Counted from the first letter of the stretch, positions 1-11,416 are shown. The stretch is DNA of 32,000 bases from Flavobacteriaceae bacterium (GCA_965224465.1 OZ245049.1:5100001-5132000), one strand, 5' to 3'. Made by a program: numbers and translations. Notes: generated from the sequence alone by a model not told the origin.

Positions 1-1181
1 CCTACAAATAAAACATTCGGATATTTCTGTTTAAAATAGGCAAGTCGTTTTGCTAAATATTCGGGACTCATAAAATCCGTTGACCAAAAGTACAATACAG
101 TAGATTTGTTTTTGATGATCGAAGCAATTGCAATCGTATCGTTATTGCTGTTTATTAAATCAAAAGACCGTAAGGATTTATTGTTTTGGATTAATTTACT
201 TTCTTTTGCTAAAGTTGTTATTTCGTTCTTAAATGCTTGGTTATTACAGTTTTCATAGAATAATTTGAGATTTTTTTCTGAGAAAGAACAGGTGCTATTT
301 CCTTTTAAAAAGTCACGGATTAAGACACTTTTAAGTAGTTTATCTTTAAAATCACTTCCATTTATGTGCTCAGAAATAACCTCTAGCATGTTAGTAGCTA
401 GTACTTTGCATTCTTTGTTGTTTGCTGTTTTTGTGTATCCTGCATTGTATATATAATTAGTTACGTAGTTGGTGTAGGGGTAAAAAGATACGAGTGCACT
501 GTCGTTTAAATTTACTGTAGGTCTATAGTCGTAAAAATGAGCGCTTACTTTTGGGAATTCTTTTAACTTATGCGCTAATTTATAAAAATAAGTATAGGCT
601 TCTTTTCTGCGTAAAAAGGGATAGTAGACAGAGGCTTCTGCCAAATGCATAAACCCAGGGCTTATTAGTTCAACTGAATGTTTAAATTGATTCAGCGACA
701 TTATTTTTAATAATTGTAAAGAATCCAGTTTCGATAAAAAACCAACTTCTTTAAGAGCGTAGTAACTTTCAATAATTTTTTCGGTATGTTCTATATTCAG
801 TAAAGAGTTTACTAAAAATTCGTTTTTTTCGCTTCCACGACCACTAAAGACAAGGTTTTCATCAAAATCCCATGTATTCAAATGTACTAGAATACTGTCG
901 TTTGGTTCCAAATACACGTATTGGAATTCAAATCCATGTTTAAAACTGTAAAGTCCCTCTTTTAAATTTTTAAATCTTTTTAGAAAAGTGTTTTTTTTAT
1001 CAAGTGGTATGGTGTCAATTGGTTTACCATCTTTTAGTAAGATGATAATATCGCCTTTAGGATTTGTAATGTTTCCTCCAAAATAAGTAAAAGTATCTTT
1101 ATTCTCACTAGAAGAACAGCTATATAACAGTGGGATTATAAGCATTGTAATGAGTATCGTATGATATTTCTGTGGGACCAA
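1..1181 (-). CDS. Secreted lipoprotein, partial (C-terminus lies beyond the window start). The visible C-terminal part resembles TlpA/thioredoxin-fold proteins but shows no CxxC.
   Basis: Hand translation of the minus strand gives an uninterrupted protein-like frame from 1181 (TTG; first ATG at 1145) down to position 1, with an in-frame stop upstream at 1200-1202. The N-terminus ...TMLIIPLLYSCSSSE is a signal peptide with a lipobox Cys. It is absent from the ORF track because no stop codon falls inside the window. Confidence 0.55.
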   Translation of the reverse strand, partial: MVPQKYHTILITMLIIPLLYSCSSSENKDTFTYFGGNITNPKGDIIILLKDGKPIDTIPLDKKNTFLKRFKNLKEGLYSFKHGFEFQYVYLEPNDSILVHLNTWDFDENLVFSGRGSEKNEFLVNSLLNIEHTEKIIESYYALKEVGFLSKLDSLQLLKIMSLNQFKHSVELISPGFMHLAEASVYYPFLRRKEAYTYFYKLAHKLKEFPKVSAHFYDYRPTVNLNDSALVSFYPYTNYVTNYIYNAGYTKTANNKECKVLATNMLEVISEHINGSDFKDKLLKSVLIRDFLKGNSTCSFSEKNLKLFYENCNNQAFKNEITTLAKESKLIQNNKSLRSFDLINSNNDTIAIASIIKNKSTVLYFWSTDFMSPEYLAKRLAYFKQKYPNVLFV

Positions 1182-1250
1182 TTGTTTGCTGTTTTGTGTT
1201 CATACAAAAATACTTTGTTTTAGAGTGGATTGTTGTTAATGTGATGTTAA

Positions 1251-2954
<1,704 letters not shown>

Positions 2955-2979
2955 GTGCAATCCAAAATTAAATATATAA

Positions 2980-3009
2980 AAAGAGGAGCTTATAAAGCTC
3001 CTCTTTTTT
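2980..3009 (+). terminator. Rho-independent terminator after the ABC-F gene
   Basis: Stem agaggagct / agctcctct with a 5-nt loop, followed by a T6 run. Confidence 0.75.
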
Positions 3010-3093
3010 GTTATGTTGGGTATGGTAACCTAATAGTAGCCATTAAACGTTCTAATGACTGGATTAGAAATTAATGTCCAATTGGCTTGATTA

Positions 3094-3304
3094 ATAACAA
3101 TTACAATCCAAAACGACCGATATAAATTGTTTACTTTACGTTCTAGCGTTGTTAAATAAAAGGTAACTAATCAGTCTTAAATTTGAGTTTTAAATTTAGC
3201 GATAACAGCTAGGCTGTCCAATATATTCATCCATTCATCTTTCACCTAACTACAACAAAAAATAATTCCATTTCTAAACCGTCACTTGAAAATGTATTTG
3301 GTAT
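3094..3304 (-). repeat. MITE-like repeat, copy D (reverse orientation, longer than the other copies)
   Basis: Its reverse complement aligns by eye with copies at 11168-11326, 26221-26379 and 27428-27588. Shared strings include acggtttagaaatggaatt, tttaacaacgctagaacgtaaa and tatatcggtc.ttttggattgta. Confidence 0.7.
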
Positions 3305-3678
3305 TATAATACGCTGTAAAGTAATATTGCCCAACCAGCTATCAAACACAAACCTCCAATAGGTGTAATAGGTCCCAGTATTTTTAGTTTTTTACCTTTC
3401 ATATCACTTAAAACCAATCCGTAGATACTAAAAGAGAACAAGAGTACTCCAATGGTGGTTATTGTTGAGATTAGACGAATATTTTCTCCAATGATGGTTC
3501 CGTTAAACCCAATAATCAATAAAAATAAGGCATGATAAAATTGATATTTTACACCCGTTTCAAAGCTTTGTAAGGCTTGGGAAGTTAGTTTTGATTTTAA
3601 GTAATGTGCACCAAATGCGCCAAAAACAACAGCGAGTAAGCCGAAACTAACAGCTATAATTAAAGTAAATTTATCCAT
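3304..3678 (-). CDS. DUF423 family small membrane protein
   Basis: MDKFTLIIAVSFGLLAVVFGAFGAHYLK... with four hydrophobic helices and the GAFGAH motif typical of DUF423/YgdD-like proteins. The start is set at internal Met74 (3678), because the longer track ORF would overlap the divergent S9 peptidase start. Confidence 0.75.
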   Translation of the reverse strand: MDKFTLIIAVSFGLLAVVFGAFGAHYLKSKLTSQALQSFETGVKYQFYHALFLLIIGFNGTIIGENIRLISTITTIGVLLFSFSIYGLVLSDMKGKKLKILGPITPIGGLCLIAGWAILLYSVL

Positions 3679-3772
3679 AAAGTTTTTTTTGGAGGTAAAA
3701 ATAAACTTATTTTCTTTTTTTAAGCACATACTGTGTATTTTTCTCTTAAATTTGAGTCTTAAAATTAAATAA

Positions 3773-5677
3773 ATGAAAACAACCATTGTATCCATATTTT
3801 TATTATTTGCCATGACTATATCTGCACAGACCAATATGACTCCCGAACGTTTGATTGAATTAGGTAGAGTCAGTGCTTTGGGATTAAGTACAGACAATAC
3901 CCATGTTATTTATAGTGTTAAAACATATAATGTACGCGCAAACAAAGGGAAAAAAGAATTTTTTAAAATACCTGTCTCGGGTGGTGAGGCAATTAAAATT
4001 GAGGATGCGAAAAAATATCTTCTAAATGATAAAATTTCTATTGACGGACAGTATAAAATTAGTTCAAAAGAAGTGAAATTATTGAAGGTAAGTGGAAGTG
4101 ATTTCTATCCGGATTTAAAAGAATCTCAAGCCATGATTTATGATGATTTAAATTACCGCCATTGGGATACGTGGGAAGACGGGAAATTTGACCATGTTTT
4201 TTTACACAGACTTACAAGTAGTGGTTTTGATGACGGGATAGATCTATTAAAAGGAGAAAAGTATGAGTCTCCAACCAAACCTTTTGGAGGTTCTGAAGAT
4301 TATATTTGGAATCCAAACGGTAAAGAAGTGTTATATGTTTGCAAGAAGAAATTTGGAAGTGCTTATGCAAAAAGTACAAATACGGATATTTTTGCTTATA
4401 ATATTGCAGATAAAACTACCAAAAACATTACAGAAGGAATGATGGGCTATGATTTAAGTCCAGCATTTTCGTCTAAAGGTATCTTGGCCTGGTTAAGCAT
4501 GGCTACTGATGGTTTTGAATCGGATAAAATTGATCTTATTGTAAATAATGGATATCATACGATAAACCTCACAAAAAGATGGGATGGTGTGGTGCAAAGT
4601 TTTGTGTGGGCAAAAGATGGAAAGTCACTTTATTTTATTGCACCAATAGATGGAACAAAACAAGTGTTTACGGTAGATTATATTGGGAAAACAAAAAAAG
4701 CACCAGTGGTAAGACAACTGACAAAAGGTCAATTTGATGTGACTAGCATTGTTGGTGAATTGGACAATGCTCTTATCGTAACTAGAACGGATATGAATCA
4801 TGCTACGGAGCTATTTTCGGTAGCCAAGTCTGACTTTAGTTTTACACAATTGACCAAGGTAAATGATGCCGTTTATGCAACAACTAATTTGGGTAAAGTG
4901 GAGAAAAGATACGTTACTACTACCGATGGTAAGCAAATGTTGGTATGGGTGATTTTTCCTCCAAATTTTGATAAAAACAAAAAATATCCAACCTTATTAT
5001 ATTGTCAAGGAGGGCCGCAGTCAGCATTGTCTCAATTCTATTCATTCCGTTGGAATTTCCAAATGATGGCATCTCAAGGGTATATTATTGTAGCACCAAA
5101 TCGCAGAGGGATGCCAGGGCATGGTGTGGAATGGAACAGTGCTATAAGTAAAGATTACGGAGGACAACCAATGCGTGATTATTTTTCTGCAATTGATCAG
5201 ATTTCTAAAGAATCTTATGTTGATAGTGATCGGATCGGTGCTATTGGAGCGAGTTTTGGAGGGTATTCTGTATTTCAATTGGCAGGGACGCATCAAAAGA
5301 GGTTTAAAACATTTATTTCTCACGATGGTATTTTTAACTGGAGATCAATGTATGGAACTACAGAGGAGATGTGGTTTGTAAATTGGGATTTAGGGGGTGC
5401 TTATTGGGATAAAAATAAAACTACAGAAAAATCTTATGGAGAATTTAATCCTGTGAGTCATGTTGCTAAATGGGATACTCCTATCATGGTAATCCAAGGA
5501 GGGAAAGATTATAGAGTGCCAATCGGACAAGGCTTAGAAGCGTTCCAAGTCGCACAATTAAAAGGAATCAAAAGTAGACTTCTGTATTTTCCAAACGAAA
5601 ACCACTGGGTATTGCAAACGCAAAATGCAATGGTGTGGCAACGCGAGTTTTTTAGATGGTTAAAAGAGACGTTGTAA
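3773..5677 (+). CDS. S9 family serine peptidase (prolyl oligopeptidase / acylaminoacyl-peptidase type), secreted
   Basis: N-terminal signal peptide (MKTTIVSIFLLFAMTISAQ), beta-propeller-like N-terminal half, nucleophile motif GASFGGY, then GGKDYRVP (Asp) and NENHW (His). Confidence 0.85.
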   Translation: MKTTIVSIFLLFAMTISAQTNMTPERLIELGRVSALGLSTDNTHVIYSVKTYNVRANKGKKEFFKIPVSGGEAIKIEDAKKYLLNDKISIDGQYKISSKEVKLLKVSGSDFYPDLKESQAMIYDDLNYRHWDTWEDGKFDHVFLHRLTSSGFDDGIDLLKGEKYESPTKPFGGSEDYIWNPNGKEVLYVCKKKFGSAYAKSTNTDIFAYNIADKTTKNITEGMMGYDLSPAFSSKGILAWLSMATDGFESDKIDLIVNNGYHTINLTKRWDGVVQSFVWAKDGKSLYFIAPIDGTKQVFTVDYIGKTKKAPVVRQLTKGQFDVTSIVGELDNALIVTRTDMNHATELFSVAKSDFSFTQLTKVNDAVYATTNLGKVEKRYVTTTDGKQMLVWVIFPPNFDKNKKYPTLLYCQGGPQSALSQFYSFRWNFQMMASQGYIIVAPNRRGMPGHGVEWNSAISKDYGGQPMRDYFSAIDQISKESYVDSDRIGAIGASFGGYSVFQLAGTHQKRFKTFISHDGIFNWRSMYGTTEEMWFVNWDLGGAYWDKNKTTEKSYGEFNPVSHVAKWDTPIMVIQGGKDYRVPIGQGLEAFQVAQLKGIKSRLLYFPNENHWVLQTQNAMVWQREFFRWLKETL

Positions 5678-5755
5678 TTTTAGAAGTGAGTAGACTTGTG
5701 CAGTAAGGATGTATGAGGTATTAGTAGTGCCCAAGTTGGTTCAAAAAAAATAAAA

Positions 5756-5790
5756 AAACGCACTCGATTGTAGTATTGAGTGCGTTTTAT
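5756..5790. terminator. Bidirectional hairpin terminator between convergent genes
   Basis: Stem acgcactc / gagtgcgt flanked by an A-run upstream and a T-run downstream. It lies between the S9 peptidase stop (5677) and the M23 peptidase stop (5803). Confidence 0.7.
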
Positions 5791-5802
5791 TGTTTTTGCC
5801 AA

Positions 5803-7509
5803 TTAGATTACTTTCCTATAAAAATAGCCTGTTTTTATCGATGTATTACCTGCATTGTCTATTAAGGTAACTCTTAGTTTATGTTTAGTGGTTTTGAATT
5901 TTTTATCTTTAAAATTATAGGTCAAGATCTTTGTTTTAGGATTGTATTCCATTAAAATCCATTGGCCGTTAATTTCTGCTCTGTATTTTTTTATCCCAGA
6001 GAAATTGTCTGTTATTTTAACTTTCAGGGTTTGTTTGCTACTGATCCATTGATTGTTTTTAAAACTCAAAAACTTAATTTTTGGAGGGATAGAATCATTA
6101 AGCAGACAGTATTTTCCTAGATTTTTAGTTGTTGTATAAAAAAGATGTCCTTTTTTGATTGTTTTTACATAAAAGGGTTGGTCTTTACTTGAGAATTTAG
6201 CAATAAATAAGTGCTTTTTTTCTTTCTCAGAATAGGTGCTTACATCAAAAGTCAAGGTGTATTTTCTCTGTAAAGGAATGGTAGTTTTATGGATATACGC
6301 AATCTTATTGATAATTTTAAAATCTATATAGGTGTCTTCATAAAATGTATTTTTAGGAAAGGCTATTGTAACATCATCTAGAATAAACTTATTAAATGCT
6401 GCAGCAATAATTGGATATGCTGTTGTCGTGTCTTTTTTAGGAACTGTTATCTTTTGTTTTTCGCCTACTATAGGGATTTGAAGGGTTGTTTTGTTTCCTT
6501 GGATATCGGAAGCAATAATTTTCACCGTATAAGTAAAACCTTCTTCTATAAATAATTTTCCTTGATGAACACAATTTTTATAAATACTTAAATTGTTATT
6601 AGGAACGATAAAACAACGTTGGATCCGTTGGTTTAATGTTTTGAAGCGTTTGTAATCTATTAATAAATTGAGTTGTCGAGATTCTGAAAAGGAAAAAGAG
6701 CCAACTTCGTGTTCATAAACCAATGCGTCATTTACCAACATTTTTAAGTTGTAAATTCCGTTTTTATTCCATGCGGCATCTTGCCTGTCAAATGCATTAA
6801 CTCCAAAACCAATAAGGCCGCTTGCCTTAATTTTATTTGCCAATAATACGCCTTTGGATATGGGTTTGAAAGTCAGTTTTACAGGTGTGTTATATTGATT
6901 TATTTGAGAAAAATCATCTAAAGGGTAACCCATCAAAACATTGATTTTTGGAGGTCTACTGTCTTTAATTTTAATACCGAATAGTTGAGGATTGATGGGT
7001 TTTTCCGTTTTAGTATCTCTAATTTCGAAATGTAAATGAGGGCCTACATAGCCTCCGGTCGCGCCAGAAAAGGCAATAACTTCTCCTTTTTTTATAGGTA
7101 ATTCTTGAGATGTAGGGAATACTTGAATTTCAAAACTTTCTTTTCTGTATTGTTTGGATTTAATATAGGCCTCTAGGGTTTTATTAAATTTTTTTAAATG
7201 TGCATAAACGGTTGTATATCCATTAGGGTGAGTGACGTAAATAGCCTTTCCATAACCCCAATGTGAGATTTTTATACGAGAGACATAGCCATCTGCTGAA
7301 GCCAAAACATCAAAACCTTCTTTTTGTTGCGTTTTAAAATCTAAACCTGCGTGAAAATGATTGGATCTTAGTTCTCCAAATGTTCCAGAAAGGATTAACG
7401 GTATATTCAAAGGTTTTTGAAAATAATGAGTAGGGTATTTCTCCTGACAGGTTACATAAAACACTGAAAGAGAGAGCCAAATAAGAGCTGCTGTTTTTTT
7501 AAAATTCAT
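5803..7509 (-). CDS. M23 family metallopeptidase (LytM/lysostaphin-type) with a long C-terminal beta-rich extension
   Basis: HFHAGLDF (HxxxD) and GPHLHFEI (HxH) zinc motifs. Signal peptide MNFKKTAALIWLSLSVFYVTC. Start set at Met26 of the track ORF (7509). Confidence 0.85.
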   Translation of the reverse strand: MNFKKTAALIWLSLSVFYVTCQEKYPTHYFQKPLNIPLILSGTFGELRSNHFHAGLDFKTQQKEGFDVLASADGYVSRIKISHWGYGKAIYVTHPNGYTTVYAHLKKFNKTLEAYIKSKQYRKESFEIQVFPTSQELPIKKGEVIAFSGATGGYVGPHLHFEIRDTKTEKPINPQLFGIKIKDSRPPKINVLMGYPLDDFSQINQYNTPVKLTFKPISKGVLLANKIKASGLIGFGVNAFDRQDAAWNKNGIYNLKMLVNDALVYEHEVGSFSFSESRQLNLLIDYKRFKTLNQRIQRCFIVPNNNLSIYKNCVHQGKLFIEEGFTYTVKIIASDIQGNKTTLQIPIVGEKQKITVPKKDTTTAYPIIAAAFNKFILDDVTIAFPKNTFYEDTYIDFKIINKIAYIHKTTIPLQRKYTLTFDVSTYSEKEKKHLFIAKFSSKDQPFYVKTIKKGHLFYTTTKNLGKYCLLNDSIPPKIKFLSFKNNQWISSKQTLKVKITDNFSGIKKYRAEINGQWILMEYNPKTKILTYNFKDKKFKTTKHKLRVTLIDNAGNTSIKTGYFYRKVI

Positions 7510-7625
7510 AGATGTATTGCGTTTTTTTCTTAGATATGGATGTCTTAATGCAAATCTAAGACCATTTTGGATCAAAAATATCAAAATTTTGAATAAAATG
7601 ATAGAAAAGAGTTGTTATATTCAAC

Positions 7626-7656
7626 TTGGAATGTTAACTTTGTATTTATAGTTTTG
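7626..7656 (+). promoter_or_regulatory. Candidate Bacteroidota promoter (TTG-N20-TAgtTTTG) for the coiled-coil/zapA/rny cluster
   Basis: TTG at 7626-7628 and TAGTTTTG at 7649-7656, with spacing matching the -33/-7 architecture described for Bacteroidota sigma-A promoters. It lies 15 nt upstream of the ATG at 7671. Confidence 0.4.
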
Positions 7657-7670
7657 ATTCTTATAAATTG

Positions 7671-7961
7671 ATGCATAACCTAATAAAAGCTGTGAACGAA
7701 GTTGAGGATAAACTCAAACGACTTTTGGAAACGTTTACATTCCTAAAAGAGGAAAATGAGTTTCTACAACAGAAAATCGCATCTTTGGAGCATCAATTTG
7801 CACAAGAAAAACAATCGCATATTCGTTTGGAAGAAAAATTTCAATCGCTAAAAATTGCCAAAACTATTCAAGGCAGTAAACAAGACAGAAAGGAAACGAA
7901 GCTGAAAATAAATACATTGATTCGTGATATTGATAAATGTATCATTCAATTAAACGAATAA
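7671..7961 (+). CDS. Small coiled-coil protein (hypothetical, possibly a cell-division accessory)
   Basis: 96 aa rich in heptad-like E/K/L/Q repeats, immediately upstream of zapA on the same strand with a 10-nt gap. Confidence 0.6.
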   Translation: MHNLIKAVNEVEDKLKRLLETFTFLKEENEFLQQKIASLEHQFAQEKQSHIRLEEKFQSLKIAKTIQGSKQDRKETKLKINTLIRDIDKCIIQLNE

Positions 7962-7971
7962 GATCTTTTAA

Positions 7972-8274
7972 ATGGCTGAGAAATTAAAAATAAAGATAAC
8001 CATTGCAGATCGGGTTTATCCTTTGAGTATTCAAAATGCGAATGAAGAGGAAGGAATGCGAAAAGCAGCAAAGAAAATTAGCGAATTGGTGACAAAATTC
8101 GAGAAGAATTATGCGGTTAGCGATAAACAAGATGTATTGGCAATGTGTGCCTTACAATTTGCCTCTTTATTGGAAATTAAAGCGATTGAAGAAAATGATG
8201 AGAATGTACATGTCTCAGAAAAGATAAAAAAAATGAATGCACTTTTAGACGAACATCTAAAAGACGATCTTTAA
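7972..8274 (+). CDS. zapA: Cell division protein ZapA-like
   Basis: 100 aa. The N-terminal KIKITIADRVYPLSI...EEE..RKAAKKI pattern followed by a helical tail matches ZapA family architecture. The position upstream of rny is common in Bacteroidota. Confidence 0.6.
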   Translation: MAEKLKIKITIADRVYPLSIQNANEEEGMRKAAKKISELVTKFEKNYAVSDKQDVLAMCALQFASLLEIKAIEENDENVHVSEKIKKMNALLDEHLKDDL

Positions 8275-8295
8275 AATAAATAACACAAAATTACT

Positions 8296-8458
8296 GCCTA
8301 CATTAGTTATTGTTTGTTAAACTCAACACTATTAGTTTAAAAAGGATGAGTCGTAATTGTAAAAGCAAGCCAGCTTAGATTGGATCCTTGATCAGTTAGT
8401 TAGTCCTAAACCTGTTTATAAGGAGTTTACATAAAACCGAATTAATGTAGGCTTTTTT
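8296..8458 (+). ncRNA. Candidate 6S-like (6S-Flavo type) structured RNA
   Basis: A 10-bp closing stem (gcctacatta at 8296-8305 with taatgtaggc at 8443-8452) is followed by T7. Internal pairings are taaactc/gagttta and aaggat/atcctt, around unpaired central segments. It is non-coding and sits directly downstream of zapA. Confidence 0.5.
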
Positions 8459-8476
8459 TATATATAAATAAATGAT

Positions 8477-9997
8477 ATGGGAGAATATATTGTACCTATA
8501 ATTATAGGTATTGTCATCGGATTAGCAATAGGCTATATTATTGCTAAAATGCTAGATAAGAGCAATGCGAATAGATTGATTAGCAATACTAAGAAGGAAG
8601 CTTCTACGATTATAAAAGAAGCTAACATTGATGCTGTAGCGATCAAAAAAGACAAGATTTTACAAGCCAAAGAGCGTTTTATCGAATTGAAATCAGAACA
8701 TGAAAAAGTGATTTTAGGGAGAGATAAAAAAATGGCGGATGCAGAAAAACGAATTAGAGATAAAGAGTCTCATGTATCGCAATTACTAGATAAAAATAAA
8801 AAAACGACCTCTGCTTTAGAACATAAAGAACAAGATTTTGATACGAAAATCGAATACATGGAGCGTCGTAATGAGGAGATTGATAAACTGCATAAAAAAC
8901 AAGTAGAGAATCTAGAAGTAATTTCTGGATTGTCTGCAGAAGATGCAAAGCAAGATTTAGTAGAATCCTTAAAGGAAGAAGCGAAAACAGATGCGATGGT
9001 GTTTATTCAAGAGAAGCAAGAAGAAGCCAAATTAACTGCCGATCAGGAAGCTCGAAAAATAATTTTAAATACGATTCAACGAGTAGGAGTAGAGCAAACT
9101 GTAGAAAACTGTGTGTCTGTTTTTAATATTGAATCAGATGATGTTAAAGGTCGTATTATAGGTCGTGAAGGAAGAAATATTAGGGCTTTAGAAGCTGCAA
9201 CAGGTGTAGAAATTATTGTTGATGATACGCCAGAAGCAATTATTTTATCTTGTTTTGACCCTGTAAGAAGAGAGATCGCAAGATTGGCTTTGCATAAATT
9301 AGTGACAGATGGTCGTATACATCCTGCACGGATTGAGGAAATTGTTAAAAAGACAGAGAAACAAATAAATCAAGAAATTATAGAAGTTGGTAAACGTACT
9401 GTGATTGATCTTGGTGTTCACGGTTTAAGACCAGAGTTGATTAAAGTAATAGGGAGAATGAAATACCGTTCTTCTTATGGACAAAACTTGTTACAGCACT
9501 CTCGTGAAGTCGCAAACTTATGTGGTGTGATGGCTGCAGAATTAGGATTGGATGCAAAGGCTGCTAAACGTGCTGGATTGTTACATGATATTGGTAAAGT
9601 TCCAGATACAGAAAGTGAATTGCCTCACGCTTTATTAGGAATGCAATGGGCAGAGAAATATGGTGAGAAACCACATATATGTAATGCTATTGGAGCCCAT
9701 CATGATGAGATTGAAATGAAAACATTAATTGCACCTATTGTGCAAGTATGTGATGCCATTTCTGGTGCACGTCCTGGTGCACGTCGTCAAGTATTGGATT
9801 CGTATATTCAACGTCTAAAAGATTTGGAAGATGTAGCATTTGGATTTACGGGTGTACAAAAAGCGTATGCGATTCAAGCAGGTAGAGAATTGCGTGTAAT
9901 TGTTGATTGTGAAAAAGTGTCTGACGCAAAAGCATCAGAATTATCTTTCAATATTACAAATAAAATTCAGACAGAAATGACCTATCCTGTCAGGTAA
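8477..9997 (+). CDS. rny: Ribonuclease Y (N-terminal TM anchor, coiled coil, KH and HD domains). The C-terminal tail is displaced by a 1-nt frameshift, and the conserved end continues to 10044 in another frame.
   Basis: TM anchor [21 protein letters not shown] motif [17 protein letters not shown] motif LLHDIGK...GAHHDE. The ORF ends ...TEMTYPVR*, while the next frame reads [17 protein letters not shown] (9991-10044), the canonical RNase Y C-terminus. Confidence 0.9.
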   Translation: MGEYIVPIIIGIVIGLAIGYIIAKMLDKSNANRLISNTKKEASTIIKEANIDAVAIKKDKILQAKERFIELKSEHEKVILGRDKKMADAEKRIRDKESHVSQLLDKNKKTTSALEHKEQDFDTKIEYMERRNEEIDKLHKKQVENLEVISGLSAEDAKQDLVESLKEEAKTDAMVFIQEKQEEAKLTADQEARKIILNTIQRVGVEQTVENCVSVFNIESDDVKGRIIGREGRNIRALEAATGVEIIVDDTPEAIILSCFDPVRREIARLALHKLVTDGRIHPARIEEIVKKTEKQINQEIIEVGKRTVIDLGVHGLRPELIKVIGRMKYRSSYGQNLLQHSREVANLCGVMAAELGLDAKAAKRAGLLHDIGKVPDTESELPHALLGMQWAEKYGEKPHICNAIGAHHDEIEMKTLIAPIVQVCDAISGARPGARRQVLDSYIQRLKDLEDVAFGFTGVQKAYAIQAGRELRVIVDCEKVSDAKASELSFNITNKIQTEMTYPVR

Positions 9998-10066
9998 GAG
10001 TTACTGTGATTCGAGAGACACGTGCAGTAAATATTGCAAAGTAAAATTAAATAGAAATATAAAAAA

Positions 10067-10093
10067 AACCTCGCCTTTTGGTGGGGTTTTTTT
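10067..10093. terminator. Hairpin terminator between convergent rny and xerD
   Basis: aacctcgcc tttt ggtggggtt (with G-U pairs), flanked by A8 upstream and T7 downstream. Confidence 0.65.
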
Positions 10094-10137
10094 ATGTAAA
10101 AACTTTATTCTGTTTTATTTCCCTTCTTGTTGAGGGG

Positions 10138-11055
10138 TCAGTTTTTTGATTTTTTATGCGCTTTCCTTGGGTGGTATTTATTGATTACCTCACACAGTTT
10201 TGTAGTGTCTAGATGCATATAAATTTCTGTAGTTGTAATGCTTTCGTGACCAAGCATTTCTTGAATCATTCGTAAATCAGCACCGTTTTCAAGCAGATGT
10301 GAAGCAAAAGAATGCCTAAAAGTATGTGGACTGATGTTCTTTTTAATCCCGTTAATGTCAGCGAGTTTTTTAACAATTAGAAAAATCATATTTCTTGTTA
10401 GTGGTTTTCCGCGTCTATTTAGAAATATGACTTCTGTTGTGTATTTATTGTTGCAATAGTTAGGTCTAATAAAATTGTAATAGTGTTGGATTAAATGTTG
10501 GGTTTCTTTATAAATTGGAACAAATCGTTCTTTATTTCCCTTTCCAATAATTCTAATAAACCCTTCGTCAAAAAACAAGTCAGAATGTTTTAAATTGATA
10601 AGCTCAGAGACACGTAAACCACAGCTGTACAAACATTCGATAATTACTTTATTACGTTGTTCAAGGGGCTTGCTATCGTCGTAGGAAGCAACTAAAGTAT
10701 CAATTTCTTCAACAGAAAGTGTGTCAGGAAGTTTTCTTCCGATTTTTGGGTTTTCCAGTAAATCTGTAGGATTTGTTTTTCTATACTCTTCAAAAATTAG
10801 ATAATCAAAGAAATTTCTGAGTCCAGAAATTAATCTAGATTGAGAACCAGGACTTAGTTTTTGAGAAGATGTATAGATGAAATCTTTTATCGTTTCTTTT
10901 GAAATGGAAGGAGGTGTAATTTGTATCTCATAGGTTTCTAAGTAGTTTTTTAGCTTTTCAACATCTTTTGAATAACTTATAATAGTGTTCTTGCTTAGCC
11001 CTCTCTCTATTTGTAAATAGAGTTTGTAATCTGTAATATGTGCTGTCCAGTTCAT
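10138..11055 (-). CDS. xerD: Site-specific tyrosine recombinase XerD-like
   Basis: N-terminal SAM-like core-binding domain (YLQIERGLSKNTIISYSKDVEKL). Catalytic residues in GLRVSEL, HTFRHSFASHLL and LGHESITTTEIYMH. Confidence 0.8.
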   Translation of the reverse strand: MNWTAHITDYKLYLQIERGLSKNTIISYSKDVEKLKNYLETYEIQITPPSISKETIKDFIYTSSQKLSPGSQSRLISGLRNFFDYLIFEEYRKTNPTDLLENPKIGRKLPDTLSVEEIDTLVASYDDSKPLEQRNKVIIECLYSCGLRVSELINLKHSDLFFDEGFIRIIGKGNKERFVPIYKETQHLIQHYYNFIRPNYCNNKYTTEVIFLNRRGKPLTRNMIFLIVKKLADINGIKKNISPHTFRHSFASHLLENGADLRMIQEMLGHESITTTEIYMHLDTTKLCEVINKYHPRKAHKKSKN

Positions 11056-11167
11056 GGTTCTAAAGTACTAAAATAGAATTATTAGCCGCGTGTTTTATAG
11101 GAATCATTACAAATAGTTTGTAGTTCAGGAATAAACATTCTTTTTTTTAATCCCGCTAGTGGGTTTA

Positions 11168-11326
11168 ATCCCAAATATATTTTCAATTGACGGTTTAGAA
11201 ATGGAATTGTTTTTTGTTTTAGCTAGGCGAAAAATGGATGGATAGCCATAGCTATCGTTCTGTTTTTTAACAACGCCAGCACGTAAAATAAATTATTTAT
11301 ATCGGTTATTTTGGATTGTAGTTGGT
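11168..11326 (+). repeat. MITE-like repeat, copy A (its right end abuts the IS21 left terminus)
   Basis: Aligns by eye with copies B, C and D. It ends ...tatatcggttattttggattgtagttggt, directly followed by the IS21 end tgtatatgttaacc. Confidence 0.7.
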
Positions 11327-11416
11327 GTGTATATGTTAACCGAAAACCATACCACCTATTAACCGAAAAGTATACCACTTAACCATATCAATATAAGTTT
11401 CTTATATTGATTAAAT

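Noticed and set aside
265-456. 63-aa plus-strand ORF from the track
   Set aside because: It lies entirely antisense to a long, protein-like minus-strand frame (the partial lipoprotein gene, 1-1181), and its sequence is low-complexity.
3679-3897. N-terminal 73-aa extension of the DUF423 ORF
   Set aside because: The extension overlaps the divergent S9 peptidase start and promoter region and has no DUF423-like sequence. The internal Met at 3678 gives a normal ~124-aa DUF423 protein.
5042-5381. Two small ORFs (5042-5323 minus strand, 5175-5381 plus strand)
   Set aside because: Both are nested in alternative frames of the well-supported S9 peptidase gene.
7510-7584. Upstream extension of the M23 peptidase ORF
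   Set aside because: The signal peptide starts at Met26 (MNFKKTAALIW...). The extension is basic junk preceding it.
8296-8458. Reading this element as just the zapA intrinsic terminator
   Set aside because: The closing stem encloses about 135 nt containing further helices and internal loops. That is far larger than a terminator hairpin, so it is reported as an ncRNA candidate, although the U-tail probably also terminates transcription.
8754-8948. 64-aa minus-strand ORF
   Set aside because: Antisense within the rny coiled-coil region, with no independent support.
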